A stretch of DNA of 32,011 bases from positions 1 through 32,011 of the IMG/VR virus record IMGVR_UViG_2695420503_000024, one strand, 5' to 3'. Source of the DNA: a virus (lineage: Duplodnaviria; Heunggongvirae; Uroviricota; Caudoviricetes). The notes beneath the pieces were generated by a model that saw only the letters and a list, made by a program, of their open reading frames with translations, searched no databases and was not told where the DNA came from. The stretch's first letter is position 1. Every line of letters starts with the position of its first letter. The position numbers were made by a program, and so were the translations under genes. Positions 18,034-28,335 of the stretch are shown piece by piece.

Positions 18034-18132
18034 GACTACCTCTGAAAAGTCGGGCGGTGGACGCCGGTGCAGTGTCAGGTAATTCACCGTCACTGACCGG
18101 CGTGCCGCCCTGGCGCGGGGCGCATTCGGTTG

Positions 18133-18876
18133 TTAACTGGATTTCTTTTTCGGGCGTCCACGTTTTGCCGGTGTCACGCTCCGGGTCTTACGCGGGGCGC
18201 GGGGCGCTGCTTTGGGCTGCGGCTCCGGCTTCGGTTTCAGCTCCCGCTCCAGTCGTTCAATCTCTTTTTTGACACCTGCCTGACAGTCGAGCTGTGTCGC
18301 ACGTTGCAGGTGAGCCAGCGCACCGGCGGCATCACCACCGTCACGCAGAAACAGACCGGTGATTTTGTGCAGCTTTGCGCGCACTTCATCAGGCATGTCA
18401 GCCGTGGCGGTCAGTTCAAGGGTGTCCGTCAGCAGGCGGGGATCCACAGACTCACCGGCAGCGTGAGCGCGCATGGCCGCAAGCGCCACCTCCTCGGTGA
18501 ACATGTACGGCGGGGTGCGGCGGTGTTTACCCGGCATGGTCAGACCGTACTTCAGGGCATAACGGGCAATTTCCAGCGCACCGGCAATATCGCCGGTATC
18601 CAGACGCCACAGCATGACCGTCATCAGAATGTCATCCTGTGCGCCTTTGCCCTGCTCCAGCACGCCGTTCACCCACGGCAACCAGAACGGCAGCAGTTCG
18701 CGTTTTTTTGCGGCCTTCAGCTCTTTTGAATAAATCGCTTTCAGTGTGCGCTGGTCTGCGGCGAGCTTAACCAGCATCTGCTCATAGACAGTTGCATGTC
18801 GCAGCGGGGCGGCTTCCCGCTGCGCGGTTATCGCTGCCGAGACCCGCATCATGTGGCGCTGTGCGGGACTCGTCAT
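18133..18876 (-). CDS. M: Terminase endonuclease (small) subunit gpM (247 aa)
   Basis: Synteny and length match P2 gpM; basic KR-rich C-terminus. Confidence 0.88.
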   Translation of the reverse strand: MTSPAQRHMMRVSAAITAQREAAPLRHATVYEQMLVKLAADQRTLKAIYSKELKAAKKRELLPFWLPWVNGVLEQGKGAQDDILMTVMLWRLDTGDIAGALEIARYALKYGLTMPGKHRRTPPYMFTEEVALAAMRAHAAGESVDPRLLTDTLELTATADMPDEVRAKLHKITGLFLRDGGDAAGALAHLQRATQLDCQAGVKKEIERLERELKPKPEPQPKAAPRAPRKTRSVTPAKRGRPKKKSS

Positions 18877-18879
18877 CGG

Positions 18880-19953
18880 TTACGCTCCCGGCTCTGCGGT
18901 CGCTTTAGCCGGTGTGGAGAAATCACCGACCTTAATTTTTTCCACCAGACAACCGGCGGCGTAGTCTTCCACCACGTAATCAATGTTCATTGACTCGTAG
19001 TTCTCCACGCGGTCGAGTTTCGGGTTTTCCACAATCACGCGGCGATGGCTGTCATCCATGTAGTAGATGGACAGGTTTTCCAGCTTCGTGATGAGCATCG
19101 CATCCGCCGGGAAGTACGGGACGCGTACCGCCGGCAGGTTACCGATGCGTTTCTGGCTGATGATGACGTCAGCGGCCAGCATCTCGCTGTTGTCCTGCTC
19201 CCTGTTGACGATGGGGAAATACTTGTCCGCCAGTAGCTGGCGACCCACAATCACCACAAGGTCAGGGTCTTCCTGATACCACGGTTCAATCAGGTTGTTG
19301 GTCGCATCCATCACCAGTGCATCAAGGCTGGCATAATCACCGCCCTTACCCACGCGGATAACCTCAGAGGTCGTGCGGCCTTCCTCGTCAGTGACCTTGC
19401 TCATCACGCGCGCCGGGGCTTCATTGCGGTATTTCTGCAGCCAGCCGACCGCCACATCCTGCAGCATCGGATTGCTGCTGCGGTCAGAGGTTTCTGCACG
19501 CTTCACGCCGTTAAAACCGGCCATGATAAAATCAAGGGACTGGCGTTTGATAATGGCGTTACGGACACGGAGCTGGAAATCCTGATAACGCGCCCACAGG
19601 TCCAGCGTTTTGTAGCGGATATAAAAATCGAAGTTAATCTGGTCGCATTCGTACTTGTTAGACGCCAGCTTCGAGAAGTCCTTCGGCTGACGCTCGGTGC
19701 CACCGGCGGTGTCGGTGGTGCTGGCGATGGAGCCGGTGACACCGATGCCAATTTTTTCCCCTTTCATTTCGCTGACCGGCACAATATTGATGCGGGTCAG
19801 AAAGTCAGAGGACTCCTGCATGGTGTTCATCAGGGTCTGGGTGACCGACGGTTCAACGGTGAATTTTTTCGACACATCACCGGCGTCGATGCCGTTCAGT
19901 TCGGCAACACGGGACAGGTAGGCATTAAATTTAAAGCGGGTTTCCTGGCGCAT
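18880..19953 (-). CDS. N: Major capsid protein gpN (357 aa)
   Basis: Synteny and length match P2 gpN. Confidence 0.9.
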   Translation of the reverse strand: MRQETRFKFNAYLSRVAELNGIDAGDVSKKFTVEPSVTQTLMNTMQESSDFLTRINIVPVSEMKGEKIGIGVTGSIASTTDTAGGTERQPKDFSKLASNKYECDQINFDFYIRYKTLDLWARYQDFQLRVRNAIIKRQSLDFIMAGFNGVKRAETSDRSSNPMLQDVAVGWLQKYRNEAPARVMSKVTDEEGRTTSEVIRVGKGGDYASLDALVMDATNNLIEPWYQEDPDLVVIVGRQLLADKYFPIVNREQDNSEMLAADVIISQKRIGNLPAVRVPYFPADAMLITKLENLSIYYMDDSHRRVIVENPKLDRVENYESMNIDYVVEDYAAGCLVEKIKVGDFSTPAKATAEPGA

Positions 19954-20011
19954 AGTTTTTCCTGAAATTAAGAGTTAATCGTGAAGGTTTTCCCGGACTG
20001 ACTGACGCCGG

Positions 20012-20866
20012 TCAGCAGTTCGTCATCAGGGCATCACCGCCACCGCCGGTGGCCTTGCTGCGGCGCTGCTGGGTCAGACTTTCGGTGCTGTCGAGACTGT
20101 TTTTCAGGCGGGTGAATGCCTGGCTGGTTTCATCCGCCCTGTCAGTCACATCCTGCTTAAGTGCGGAAAAAGCGGTTTCCATCTCAGCGAGGCGCTGCTC
20201 AGTGGCACTCAGTTTTTCCTGCACATGTTCAGCAACAGCGGTCACCGCTTCATGCACATCATTCAGACGGGCGTCATCGCTGGCCTGTTTGCGGCCAAAA
20301 ATGGATTTCACCTTTTCAGTCAGGGCGGTGAACACGGTTTCAGGCAGGTCTTCAAATTCCAGCTCAACAGGCGTTGCCACTGAAATCAGGTTTTCAGGGC
20401 TTAATTTGAAGCGGTTCAGGGGGTTGTGTTTTGCCGTGCGGCAGAATTCCAGATATTCCGTGCCGAGGCTTGCCGGGTCATCGGTGACGGCCAGCCCCAC
20501 CAGATAACATTTGCCGGTGTTGGCAAAGTTCGGCTGAATTTCCATTGAGGTGTAGACCTTCTGCGCGGCCTTGTTCATCGCGATAAGGTCATCGGTCGGG
20601 GTGATTTTCGCAAACAGCGCCCATTTGCCTTTCAGCGCCGAATCATCGTCAATCTTTTCGGCCTTCAGTTCGGCCACATCGCCATAACGTTTAAAAATAC
20701 CGTCAGGCAGGATGCCGCGCAGATGTTCCAGGTTAATGCGGCAACCATAGACGCGCGGGTCAAAGGTTTCGGCCATTTCCTGAATATCCTGCGCACTGAT
20801 GACACGCCCGTCACAGGTGTCACCCTCAACGCCGATACGAAAGAATTTTGAGACTTTTTTTGCCAT
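20012..20866 (-). CDS. O: Capsid scaffolding protein gpO (284 aa)
   Basis: ATG at 20866 (MAKKVSKFF...) gives the P2 gpO length. The ORF-track 22-aa extension was rejected. Confidence 0.85.
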   Translation of the reverse strand: MAKKVSKFFRIGVEGDTCDGRVISAQDIQEMAETFDPRVYGCRINLEHLRGILPDGIFKRYGDVAELKAEKIDDDSALKGKWALFAKITPTDDLIAMNKAAQKVYTSMEIQPNFANTGKCYLVGLAVTDDPASLGTEYLEFCRTAKHNPLNRFKLSPENLISVATPVELEFEDLPETVFTALTEKVKSIFGRKQASDDARLNDVHEAVTAVAEHVQEKLSATEQRLAEMETAFSALKQDVTDRADETSQAFTRLKNSLDSTESLTQQRRSKATGGGGDALMTNC

Positions 20867-21039
20867 TGTCAGGAGTCCTGAATAGTGATTAGAGGAGTCA
20901 CATGTCGGCATCAGTTTCCCGACGATGCGCATCCTCCGCCATCAGTCCCGGATGGCTTATCACTGACACAACAGCACCTTAGCGAATCGCGGGGCGCGAC
21001 TCAGTAGCCTTGCCGTGTATTCATCACGGCGAGGTATTC
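20867..21039. promoter_or_regulatory. Divergent late promoter region (PO leftward, PP rightward)
   Basis: Intergenic gap between divergent O and P, as in P2. Contains direct repeats AGGAGTC (20871-20877, 20894-20900) and a partial TGT-N12-ATA element. Exact Ogr sites not resolved. Confidence 0.4.
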
Positions 21040-22812
21040 ATGACCATCACCACAGACACCACTCTTTTACACGACCCGCGTCGTCAGGCGGCGCTGCTGT
21101 ACTGGCAGGGGTTTTCCGTGCCGCAGATTGCCGCCATGTTGCAGATGAAACGCCCGACGGTGCAGAGCTGGAAACAGCGCGACGGCTGGGACAGCGTTGC
21201 CCCCATCAGCCGTGTCGAAATGAGCCTGGAAGCGCGGCTGACCCAGCTCATCATCAAACCGCAGAAAACCGGCGGTGACTTCAAGGAAATTGACCTGCTC
21301 GGACGCCAGATTGAACGACTGGCACGGGTCAACCGCTACAGTCAGACCGGCAACGAGGCAGACCTTAATCCGAACGTCGCTAACCGCAACAAAGGCGGGC
21401 GGCGCAAACCGAAAAAGAATTTTTTCAGTGACGAGGCCATCGAAAAGCTGGAGCAGATTTTCTTTGAGCAGTCTTTCGAATATCAGTTGCACTGGTATCG
21501 CGCCGGGCTTGAGCACCGTATCCGCGATATCCTGAAATCCCGCCAGATTGGCGCGACGTTTTATTTTTCCCGCGAGGCGCTGCTGCGCGCCCTGAAAACC
21601 GGTCATAACCAGATTTTTCTGTCGGCCAGTAAAACGCAGGCGTATGTGTTCCGCGAATACATCATCGCCTTTGCCCGGCTGGTTGACGTTGACCTGACCG
21701 GTGACCCGATTGTCCTGGGCAATAACGGCGCAAAACTGATTTTTCTCGGCACCAACTCCAACACCGCACAGAGCCATAACGGCGACCTGTACGTCGACGA
21801 GATTTTCTGGATCCCGAATTTTCAGGTACTGCGTAAGGTGGCATCAGGTATGGCCTCACAGAGCCACCTGCGCTCGACCTATTTCTCCACCCCGTCCACG
21901 CTGGCGCACGACGCCTACCCGTTCTGGTCGGGTGAACTGTTTAACCGGGGACGCGCCAGCGCCGCCGAACGCGTGGAAATCGACGTCAGTCATAACGCCC
22001 TTGCCGGTGGGCTTCTCTGTGCGGACGGCCAGTGGCGGCAGATTGTCACCATTGAGGACGCCCTGAAAGGCGGCTGCACGCTGTTCGACATTGAGCAGCT
22101 CAAACGTGAAAACAGCGCCGACGATTTTAAAAACCTGTTCATGTGTGAATTTGTTGACGACAAGGCGTCGGTGTTCCCGTTCGAGGAGCTGCAACGCTGC
22201 ATGGTCGACACGCTGGAAGAATGGGAAGACTATGCGCCGTTTGCCGCCAATCCGTTCGGCTCACGTCCGGTATGGATTGGTTACGACCCGTCACACCGTG
22301 GCGACAGCGCCGGATGCGTGGTGCTGGCACCGCCGGTGGTGGCCGGTGGCAAATTCAGAATACTTGAGCGTCACCAGTGGAAAGGCATGGACTTTGCCAC
22401 TCAGGCTGAATCCATCCGCAAACTCACCGGAAAATACAACGTCGAATACATCGGTATTGATGCCACCGGCCTCGGTGTCGGCGTGTTCCAGCTCGTGCGC
22501 TCGTTCTATCCCGCCGCACGCGACATCCGCTACACGCCGGAAATGAAAACCGCAATGGTGCTCAAGGCAAAAGACGTTATCCGCCGTGGCTGTCTGGAAT
22601 ATGACGTCAGCGCCACCGACATCACCAGCTCGTTTATGGCTATCCGCAAGACCATGACCAGCAGCGGGCGCAGCGCCACCTATGAGGCCAGCCGCAGCGA
22701 GGAAGCCAGCCACGCCGACCTCGCCTGGGCGACCATGCACGCCCTGTTAAATGAGCCACTCACCGCCGGTATCAGCACCCCGCTGACATCCACCATTCTG
22801 GAGTTTTACTGA
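21040..22812 (+). CDS. P: Terminase ATPase (large) subunit gpP (590 aa)
   Basis: ATG at 21040 with a GAGG RBS; length equals P2 gpP. Confidence 0.9.
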   Translation: MTITTDTTLLHDPRRQAALLYWQGFSVPQIAAMLQMKRPTVQSWKQRDGWDSVAPISRVEMSLEARLTQLIIKPQKTGGDFKEIDLLGRQIERLARVNRYSQTGNEADLNPNVANRNKGGRRKPKKNFFSDEAIEKLEQIFFEQSFEYQLHWYRAGLEHRIRDILKSRQIGATFYFSREALLRALKTGHNQIFLSASKTQAYVFREYIIAFARLVDVDLTGDPIVLGNNGAKLIFLGTNSNTAQSHNGDLYVDEIFWIPNFQVLRKVASGMASQSHLRSTYFSTPSTLAHDAYPFWSGELFNRGRASAAERVEIDVSHNALAGGLLCADGQWRQIVTIEDALKGGCTLFDIEQLKRENSADDFKNLFMCEFVDDKASVFPFEELQRCMVDTLEEWEDYAPFAANPFGSRPVWIGYDPSHRGDSAGCVVLAPPVVAGGKFRILERHQWKGMDFATQAESIRKLTGKYNVEYIGIDATGLGVGVFQLVRSFYPAARDIRYTPEMKTAMVLKAKDVIRRGCLEYDVSATDITSSFMAIRKTMTSSGRSATYEASRSEEASHADLAWATMHALLNEPLTAGISTPLTSTILEFY

Positions 22813-23846
22813 TGAGTAAGAAAAAAGGGAAAACACCGCAGCCAGCGGTGAAAACAATGACTGCCAGCGCCCCGAAAATGGAGGCATTCACCTTTGGCGA
22901 GCCGGTGCCGGTACTCGACCGCCGTGACATTCTGGATTACGTCGAGTGCATCAGTAACGGCAGATGGTATGAGCCACCGGTCAGCTTTACCGGCCTGGCA
23001 AAAAGTCTGCGTGCTGCCGTGCATCACAGCTCGCCGATTTACGTCAAACGCAATATTCTGGCCTCGACATTTATCCCGCATCCGTGGCTTTCCCAGCAGG
23101 ATTTCAGCCGCTTTGTGCTGGATTTTCTGGTGTTCGGTAATGCGTTTCTGGAAAAGCGTTACAGCACCACCGGTAAGGTCATCAGACTGGAAACCTCACC
23201 GGCAAAATATACCCGCCGTGGCGTGGAGGAGGATGTTTACTGGTGGGTACCGTCCTTCAACGAGCCGACAGCCTTCGCGCCCGGCTCCGTGTTTCATCTG
23301 CTGGAGCCGGATATTAATCAGGAGCTGTACGGCCTGCCGGAATATCTCAGCGCCCTTAACTCTGCCTGGCTGAATGAGTCGGCCACGCTGTTCCGCCGCA
23401 AGTATTACGAAAACGGCGCGCATGCCGGATACATCATGTACGTCACCGATGCCGTGCAGGATCGCAACGATATCGAAATGCTTCGCGAAAACATGGTGAA
23501 GTCGAAAGGCCGCAATAATTTTAAAAATCTGTTTCTCTATGCCCCACAGGGGAAAGCCGACGGCATTAAAATTATCCCGCTCAGTGAAGTGGCAACGAAG
23601 GACGATTTTTTTAATATCAAAAAAGCCAGCGCCGCTGACCTGCTGGACGCGCACCGCATCCCCTTTCAGTTGATGGGCGGCAAGCCGGAGAACGTCGGGT
23701 CGCTGGGTGATATTGAGAAAGTGGCAAAGGTCTTTGTCCGCAATGAGCTTATCCCGTTACAGGACAGGATCCGCGAGATAAACGGCTGGCTCGGTCAGGA
23801 GGTCATCCGCTTTAAAAACTACTCACTGGACACTGACAACGGCTGA
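22812..23846 (+). CDS. Q: Portal protein gpQ (344 aa)
   Basis: ATG overlaps the P stop (TGATG); length equals P2 gpQ. Confidence 0.9.
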   Translation: MSKKKGKTPQPAVKTMTASAPKMEAFTFGEPVPVLDRRDILDYVECISNGRWYEPPVSFTGLAKSLRAAVHHSSPIYVKRNILASTFIPHPWLSQQDFSRFVLDFLVFGNAFLEKRYSTTGKVIRLETSPAKYTRRGVEEDVYWWVPSFNEPTAFAPGSVFHLLEPDINQELYGLPEYLSALNSAWLNESATLFRRKYYENGAHAGYIMYVTDAVQDRNDIEMLRENMVKSKGRNNFKNLFLYAPQGKADGIKIIPLSEVATKDDFFNIKKASAADLLDAHRIPFQLMGGKPENVGSLGDIEKVAKVFVRNELIPLQDRIREINGWLGQEVIRFKNYSLDTDNG

Positions 23847-23850
23847 ACAT

Positions 23851-23873
23851 CGCCGCCTGCGGGCGGCTTTTTT
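23851..23873 (+). terminator. Rho-independent terminator after Q
   Basis: Hairpin GCCGCC-TGCG-GGCGGC followed by TTTTTT, 5 nt after the Q stop. Confidence 0.75.
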
Positions 23874-24015
23874 ACACCCCCGTCATCACGCCCTCACACG
23901 CTCACCACCGCACAAAACACCCCGCAGACACACCAACGCCCAGCAGGCCAAGTAAACGCCTTCACGACGCGCTCAGACGCTGAAAAAATAAAATCAGCAC
24001 CACCGCCAGCGCGCA

Positions 24016-24034
24016 GTGCTTTCCCCGCCTCGCC
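24016..24034. other. cos site: 19-nt cohesive-end sequence (reverse complement of GGCGAGGCGGGGAAAGCAC)
   Basis: Exact match to the recalled P2 cohesive-end sequence, at the expected position next to Q. Confidence 0.7.
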
Positions 24035-24175
24035 CGCCCGCTTCATGGGGCGGTTTTAATGCAGGTGCATCATCCCCCCGGCAAGCGCCTGTTCTGGTGC
24101 TCGCTGTCAAAAGATATATTTGAAAATGAATGCAAATTTATGCACCTAATGCAGGCGAGGCTAAAAAGAACATCT

Positions 24176-25498
24176 TTAGTTTGTTTTTTTAACTCCACTG
24201 TATTCCGCTATCATCCTCTCAACCGCTGGAAGCAACTCAGCAGGAACGCAAATAGACCTATCTGCCTTTCCAACATCTTTTGGCGTTTTGTAAGTACCAT
24301 TATAATTAAGGACGCATTCTTTAAGAATTTCAAAAAGAGAAACAATAGGGTCTACGCCATAGCTATCAATAAACTTTCGATAGCTATCATTATCAGATAA
24401 CGATGAAATATCTCCATGAACAAACTTACACCTAAGCTCATAGATTATTCCTATTTTTGAATCAATATCAATAATTTTCGCCGCATCTCTGCAAACACCG
24501 CCAATAATTGAATTTTTATTACCATTATTGGTTCCATACATAGCATCCAATGCTATAAATTGATTCAAAAACCTTTCACGTTTGTCATCCCTCCACCCGT
24601 GCGCTATAAAGGAAAGAGCAGACAACATCCTTTTATCAGGTGATGAAAGTATTTTTGTAAGTATCGCCAAGGCTGAATCCGTTATATTTAAATTATATAC
24701 AGACGGAATATTCACCCGAAACTCACTTTCATGATATTTCCCGACACCAAAAGACTCAACTAGATTATTAACAGCAACTCGATTAATCGCAAAAGGATTA
24801 TCAACCGCAAGACATAAAGCTCCAAACAAACTATCAAACATTTTCACCGCTTTATCCTCTGATGAAGCATATGCCACCACCAAGCAGGATTTTGACTGTC
24901 GAAAATATTTCCCAATTGGTTTATGCCGCATATATTCATCATCATAAAAATCAACAGGAACCTTGATGTCAGTTTTGTCTTTAATATCAGAAAGTAATTC
25001 CACCCCTAGCCCCGGGCCATATAAAAATAAATTTTCTCTAAGCTCAAGCTTCCCATCAAAGCCAGCACACCCAAGATTATAAATATACGGACAGGATTTT
25101 ATTCGTGAAAGCATATAATACTTAAACATCTCACTAAGATTTTTTCTATGAACTTGCGTTATAATATCATCAACACAAATCTTATCAGGATTAAGCGACA
25201 GAAAATCAGCATCAATGCGATTGAAGGCTTCAGAACAAAAACCTAACAATAATCTTTTCGCATTGTGAAGGTCACTTATACCTAATTGGGGGCCATATGC
25301 TTTTAATAACCTACTAGCACATTTTGCAATCTCCTCATCATCATATGCAAGCCAAAAAACAAAATCTTCTAATGCTTTACCGACTTGGATACAAGGCTGC
25401 TCCTTACCATGACTATAAAAAAAACTTTTGCATAATTTGTTTATCATGCCATTAGAGAACGCAACCTTCATAGATACTTCATCCCTTAACGCACTCAT
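24176..25498 (-). CDS. Hypothetical 440-aa protein, AT-rich cargo gene at the P2 old/tin hotspot; candidate anti-phage defense or abortive-infection protein
   Basis: Clean 1323-nt ORF with ATG and an AAGGA RBS; roughly 30-35% GC against ~60% in flanking phage genes; occupies the position of P2 orf91/tin/old; no Walker A motif, no TM segment; contains a weak HEPN-like R-x4-H (RCKFVH). Confidence 0.75.
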   Translation of the reverse strand: MSALRDEVSMKVAFSNGMINKLCKSFFYSHGKEQPCIQVGKALEDFVFWLAYDDEEIAKCASRLLKAYGPQLGISDLHNAKRLLLGFCSEAFNRIDADFLSLNPDKICVDDIITQVHRKNLSEMFKYYMLSRIKSCPYIYNLGCAGFDGKLELRENLFLYGPGLGVELLSDIKDKTDIKVPVDFYDDEYMRHKPIGKYFRQSKSCLVVAYASSEDKAVKMFDSLFGALCLAVDNPFAINRVAVNNLVESFGVGKYHESEFRVNIPSVYNLNITDSALAILTKILSSPDKRMLSALSFIAHGWRDDKRERFLNQFIALDAMYGTNNGNKNSIIGGVCRDAAKIIDIDSKIGIIYELRCKFVHGDISSLSDNDSYRKFIDSYGVDPIVSLFEILKECVLNYNGTYKTPKDVGKADRSICVPAELLPAVERMIAEYSGVKKTN

Positions 25499-25581
25499 CG
25501 ATAATAATTCCTTATAAGTTATTAATGCACGACTACTAAAGCATTGCTTCAGATTTGTTAATGTATCATGATGCCGTCAGT

Positions 25582-27849
25582 TTAAGAAAACATCACCCAA
25601 TCGTCTTTTACAGCATAACTAAACCGCTCACCGTCATAAATTACTGTTGCCCCGCGCGCCAACGCCTCAAGCTCCCATCGCTGCGGCCTGATACCGTTCT
25701 GAGCAAGGTCAACGCGGATACGGGTAATTTGCATTCTTTCCGACCGGGTCAGTCTGGCCGATGGTGCAATTTCATGTGGTTTTAACGGGCTTCCGTTTCT
25801 TTGCTGACGATTTGGCGTTCTCAGGCCGTGTTTTAATGCGCCCCTGAGCGCCCTCACAACCTCCGGGTCATTCCATTCGATAACACCGTCATCAACCAGA
25901 TTAAGCACTGCTGCGGCGTGCTCAGAAGGTGTGGGAGCCGGTAACGAAGTATCACAACCGGTGACCTTTCCACAGTTATTGACAGGACTCCGAGGCGCGG
26001 CGATGCCGCTTTTTAAAGTCAAAGGCTCAACGACCGGAACTTTCGGCACAATGCGCCAGTCCGTCGTTCTGGTGATATGAATATGACGCGCGCCGAGATG
26101 CGGCGCGTAAATGCCGACCACTCTCTCGACCTCTTCCTCGTACTCGTTAACGTCATCCGACGGGCTACGGGCGACCCTGACAGTCTGACAATCGCGCGGG
26201 ACATTTGCCCCACCCTGCGCGCTGATATACAGCGCAAAATCGCCACTGTCTGCGGCAGCGCGTGCAGCCTCGACGCGTTCGTCAAACTCATCAGCAATGC
26301 TGACGCCGCGAGGCAATTTGCGTAGTTCACGGTAAGCCCCCATTGTCGGCAGGCCAACCGTTTTAAATTGCGGAATGCGCCACGTTGACGCCCATGCGGT
26401 AACAGCCGCGGCAGTGTCTTTCAGCGGCCTGCCGGTATCGTTATCGAGCTGACCATCCAGTGCATAGCCGTCGATGTTTTTTGAAATGTATTTCGCGATA
26501 TATCCCGCAGCACCGCCCCGGTTAAGGTGTTTTGCCTGAAAACGGTTTCGCGCAGCTCCTCTTTCGTCTCCATCCTCTTTGAGCGCGTAGCGACGCATGA
26601 TTTCGATAATCTGGTTACGCTGGCGTGGATTACAAAAAAGCATCATATGCCAGTGCGGCGTTCCGTCGTGGTGTGGCTCGACGACACGCAAACCGTAGAC
26701 CTGTAAATCATTATCCTTGAATGCCGTGCGCATCAGGCTCCAGATGCGGCAGAGATAACGCTGCGCATCCTTTGGATTAAATGCCTCATCGTTCCAGCCG
26801 TGATTAAGCTGAACGGTTTTACTTTCGCCTTTTCTGACCTGACGTGTCGGGTGATACTTTGACGGCGCGGTCAGCGTGATAAACATCCCCACATCACCCT
26901 CTGCGGCGGCGTAACGCTCAATACCGGCAATGGTGTTCATCAGCTCCATCCGGCGAATTTCAGGATTAGAAATACTGCCCATCACCTTACTGATAAGGTC
27001 GATACGCTCGCCGGTTTCCCTGTTTTCAAGGTCACACGATTTAAGAAATTCCAGATTTGCCTGGCGGCGCGCACGCACATCACGAATGGCGTGTTTACTG
27101 GCATAAGGAGAACGGTCTTTATTGACCTCCCCGACAGCTATCAGTAACGCTTCATGCCAGCGCATACGCTGGCCTTTAAGCTGATGAGTCCACCACTCAT
27201 CGTTAAACAGACGGGCAATGGCAGAATATGCCTGCCTCGTGGTCATCTGCCCTTTACGGTATTTTTTCCAGTAGAGCGGGGAAATATTGAAAGCACGTGC
27301 AGCGCCAGCAACATGACCATAGAGGTGAGCCTGCGCCTCATCCGTAAACAGCGATTCTTTTTCGCCATGCGCATCCACCCAGGCATCGCTGAGTTCCTCA
27401 TACATCATGAAAAGCTGCGATGAGATACGGGCAGCAAACTTTTTCAGCTCCTTGTCATTCATTCCCGGCAGGCGCGCATAGTGGTCACGCTCTGCCAGAA
27501 ATAGTAACGACGCGTCGGTGTTCATTTCATGGCGCTGATTCACACGCTCAATGCGCGGCCATAAACGACGCTGAAAAGTGGATGTGAGGAAATAAAACCC
27601 GTGCACCGGGCTTTTATTGCGCCGGATGTAGTCATAGCGTGAAGTAAACAGCGAGCGCAAAAAGTAAGGCAGGCGGTTAATCGTGGATAAAACACCTTGC
27701 ACCTGACGCATCTCGTCACGTGTAAGGGGTCTTTCGCGCCCGACGGCCTCGCGTGGCGAGTTCCATGCATAAGCACCGGTAAACGCCTTACCGGTGCCTG
27801 CAGCAAATGCTGACGGAGGGACAAAACGCCCGGAGGCTTTAACGGCCAT
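25582..27849 (-). CDS. A: Replication initiation protein gpA (rolling-circle endonuclease), ~755 aa
   Basis: Strong match to recalled P2 A; first ATG at 27849 (MAVKASGRF...). The ORF-track start at 27891 is TTG, so the true start carries some uncertainty. Confidence 0.85.
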   Translation of the reverse strand: MAVKASGRFVPPSAFAAGTGKAFTGAYAWNSPREAVGRERPLTRDEMRQVQGVLSTINRLPYFLRSLFTSRYDYIRRNKSPVHGFYFLTSTFQRRLWPRIERVNQRHEMNTDASLLFLAERDHYARLPGMNDKELKKFAARISSQLFMMYEELSDAWVDAHGEKESLFTDEAQAHLYGHVAGAARAFNISPLYWKKYRKGQMTTRQAYSAIARLFNDEWWTHQLKGQRMRWHEALLIAVGEVNKDRSPYASKHAIRDVRARRQANLEFLKSCDLENRETGERIDLISKVMGSISNPEIRRMELMNTIAGIERYAAAEGDVGMFITLTAPSKYHPTRQVRKGESKTVQLNHGWNDEAFNPKDAQRYLCRIWSLMRTAFKDNDLQVYGLRVVEPHHDGTPHWHMMLFCNPRQRNQIIEIMRRYALKEDGDERGAARNRFQAKHLNRGGAAGYIAKYISKNIDGYALDGQLDNDTGRPLKDTAAAVTAWASTWRIPQFKTVGLPTMGAYRELRKLPRGVSIADEFDERVEAARAAADSGDFALYISAQGGANVPRDCQTVRVARSPSDDVNEYEEEVERVVGIYAPHLGARHIHITRTTDWRIVPKVPVVEPLTLKSGIAAPRSPVNNCGKVTGCDTSLPAPTPSEHAAAVLNLVDDGVIEWNDPEVVRALRGALKHGLRTPNRQQRNGSPLKPHEIAPSARLTRSERMQITRIRVDLAQNGIRPQRWELEALARGATVIYDGERFSYAVKDDWVMFS

Positions 27850-28114
27850 ATGAGCCAAAAGCCTCTGAACAACGCCTGCTGAGTTGCTCAACCTGCGCGT
27901 TTAAATCAGCAAAAGACTTTGCGCTTCCGGTCAGAATATCGTGATGCATCAGGCCGGAAACGAGCTGGCTTAATTTCGGGTAATAACCAACCACTGCAAG
28001 CCATTCCTGACCGGCGTTTTTACCGCTTTCCGCTCTCTTTTTCTCGTGGAGAATAAACTGAAAGCTGTCACTGGTAACGACATAACGTTCGCCAATTTCA
28101 ATACGAATACTCAT
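27839..28114 (-). CDS. Hypothetical protein at the P2 orf83 position (91 aa)
   Basis: ATG verified; start overlaps the upstream stop (ATGA) and its own stop sits 5 nt before the A start. Confidence 0.65.
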   Translation of the reverse strand: MSIRIEIGERYVVTSDSFQFILHEKKRAESGKNAGQEWLAVVGYYPKLSQLVSGLMHHDILTGSAKSFADLNAQVEQLSRRCSEAFGSYGR

Positions 28115-28335
28115 GCCGTTCTCCGGTAATGTTTGTTTTTTGCTTCAAAGACTGACTGGCAGGAAACACAACGCGTAGCTGACGGATAAGCCGCACGACG
28201 GGCAGCAGGTATTGGCGCGTCACACTCTTCGCAAACCAGCGCAGAAGCACCGCAATGTTTTACCCTTGCCGCGTTAATCTGACGCTCCAGTAATTCAGCC
28301 TGTTGTTCCTGAATAAAATCTACGTTGTCCGGCAT
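28111..28335 (-). CDS. TraR/DksA-family C4 zinc-finger protein at the P2 orf82 position (74 aa)
   Basis: C-x2-C...C-x2-C (CEEC...CVSC) with a TraR-like layout. Confidence 0.75.
   Translation of the reverse strand: MPDNVDFIQEQQAELLERQINAARVKHCGASALVCEECDAPIPAARRAAYPSATRCVSCQSVFEAKNKHYRRTA

Noticed and set aside
24176-25498. Identification of the 440-aa hotspot protein as Old (OLD-family ATPase/nuclease) or as an ATPase
   Set aside because: No Walker A (G-x4-GK[ST]) motif anywhere in the protein, and the length and composition are unlike P2 Old. The R-x4-H motif is too short to assign a HEPN family, so the product is left unnamed.
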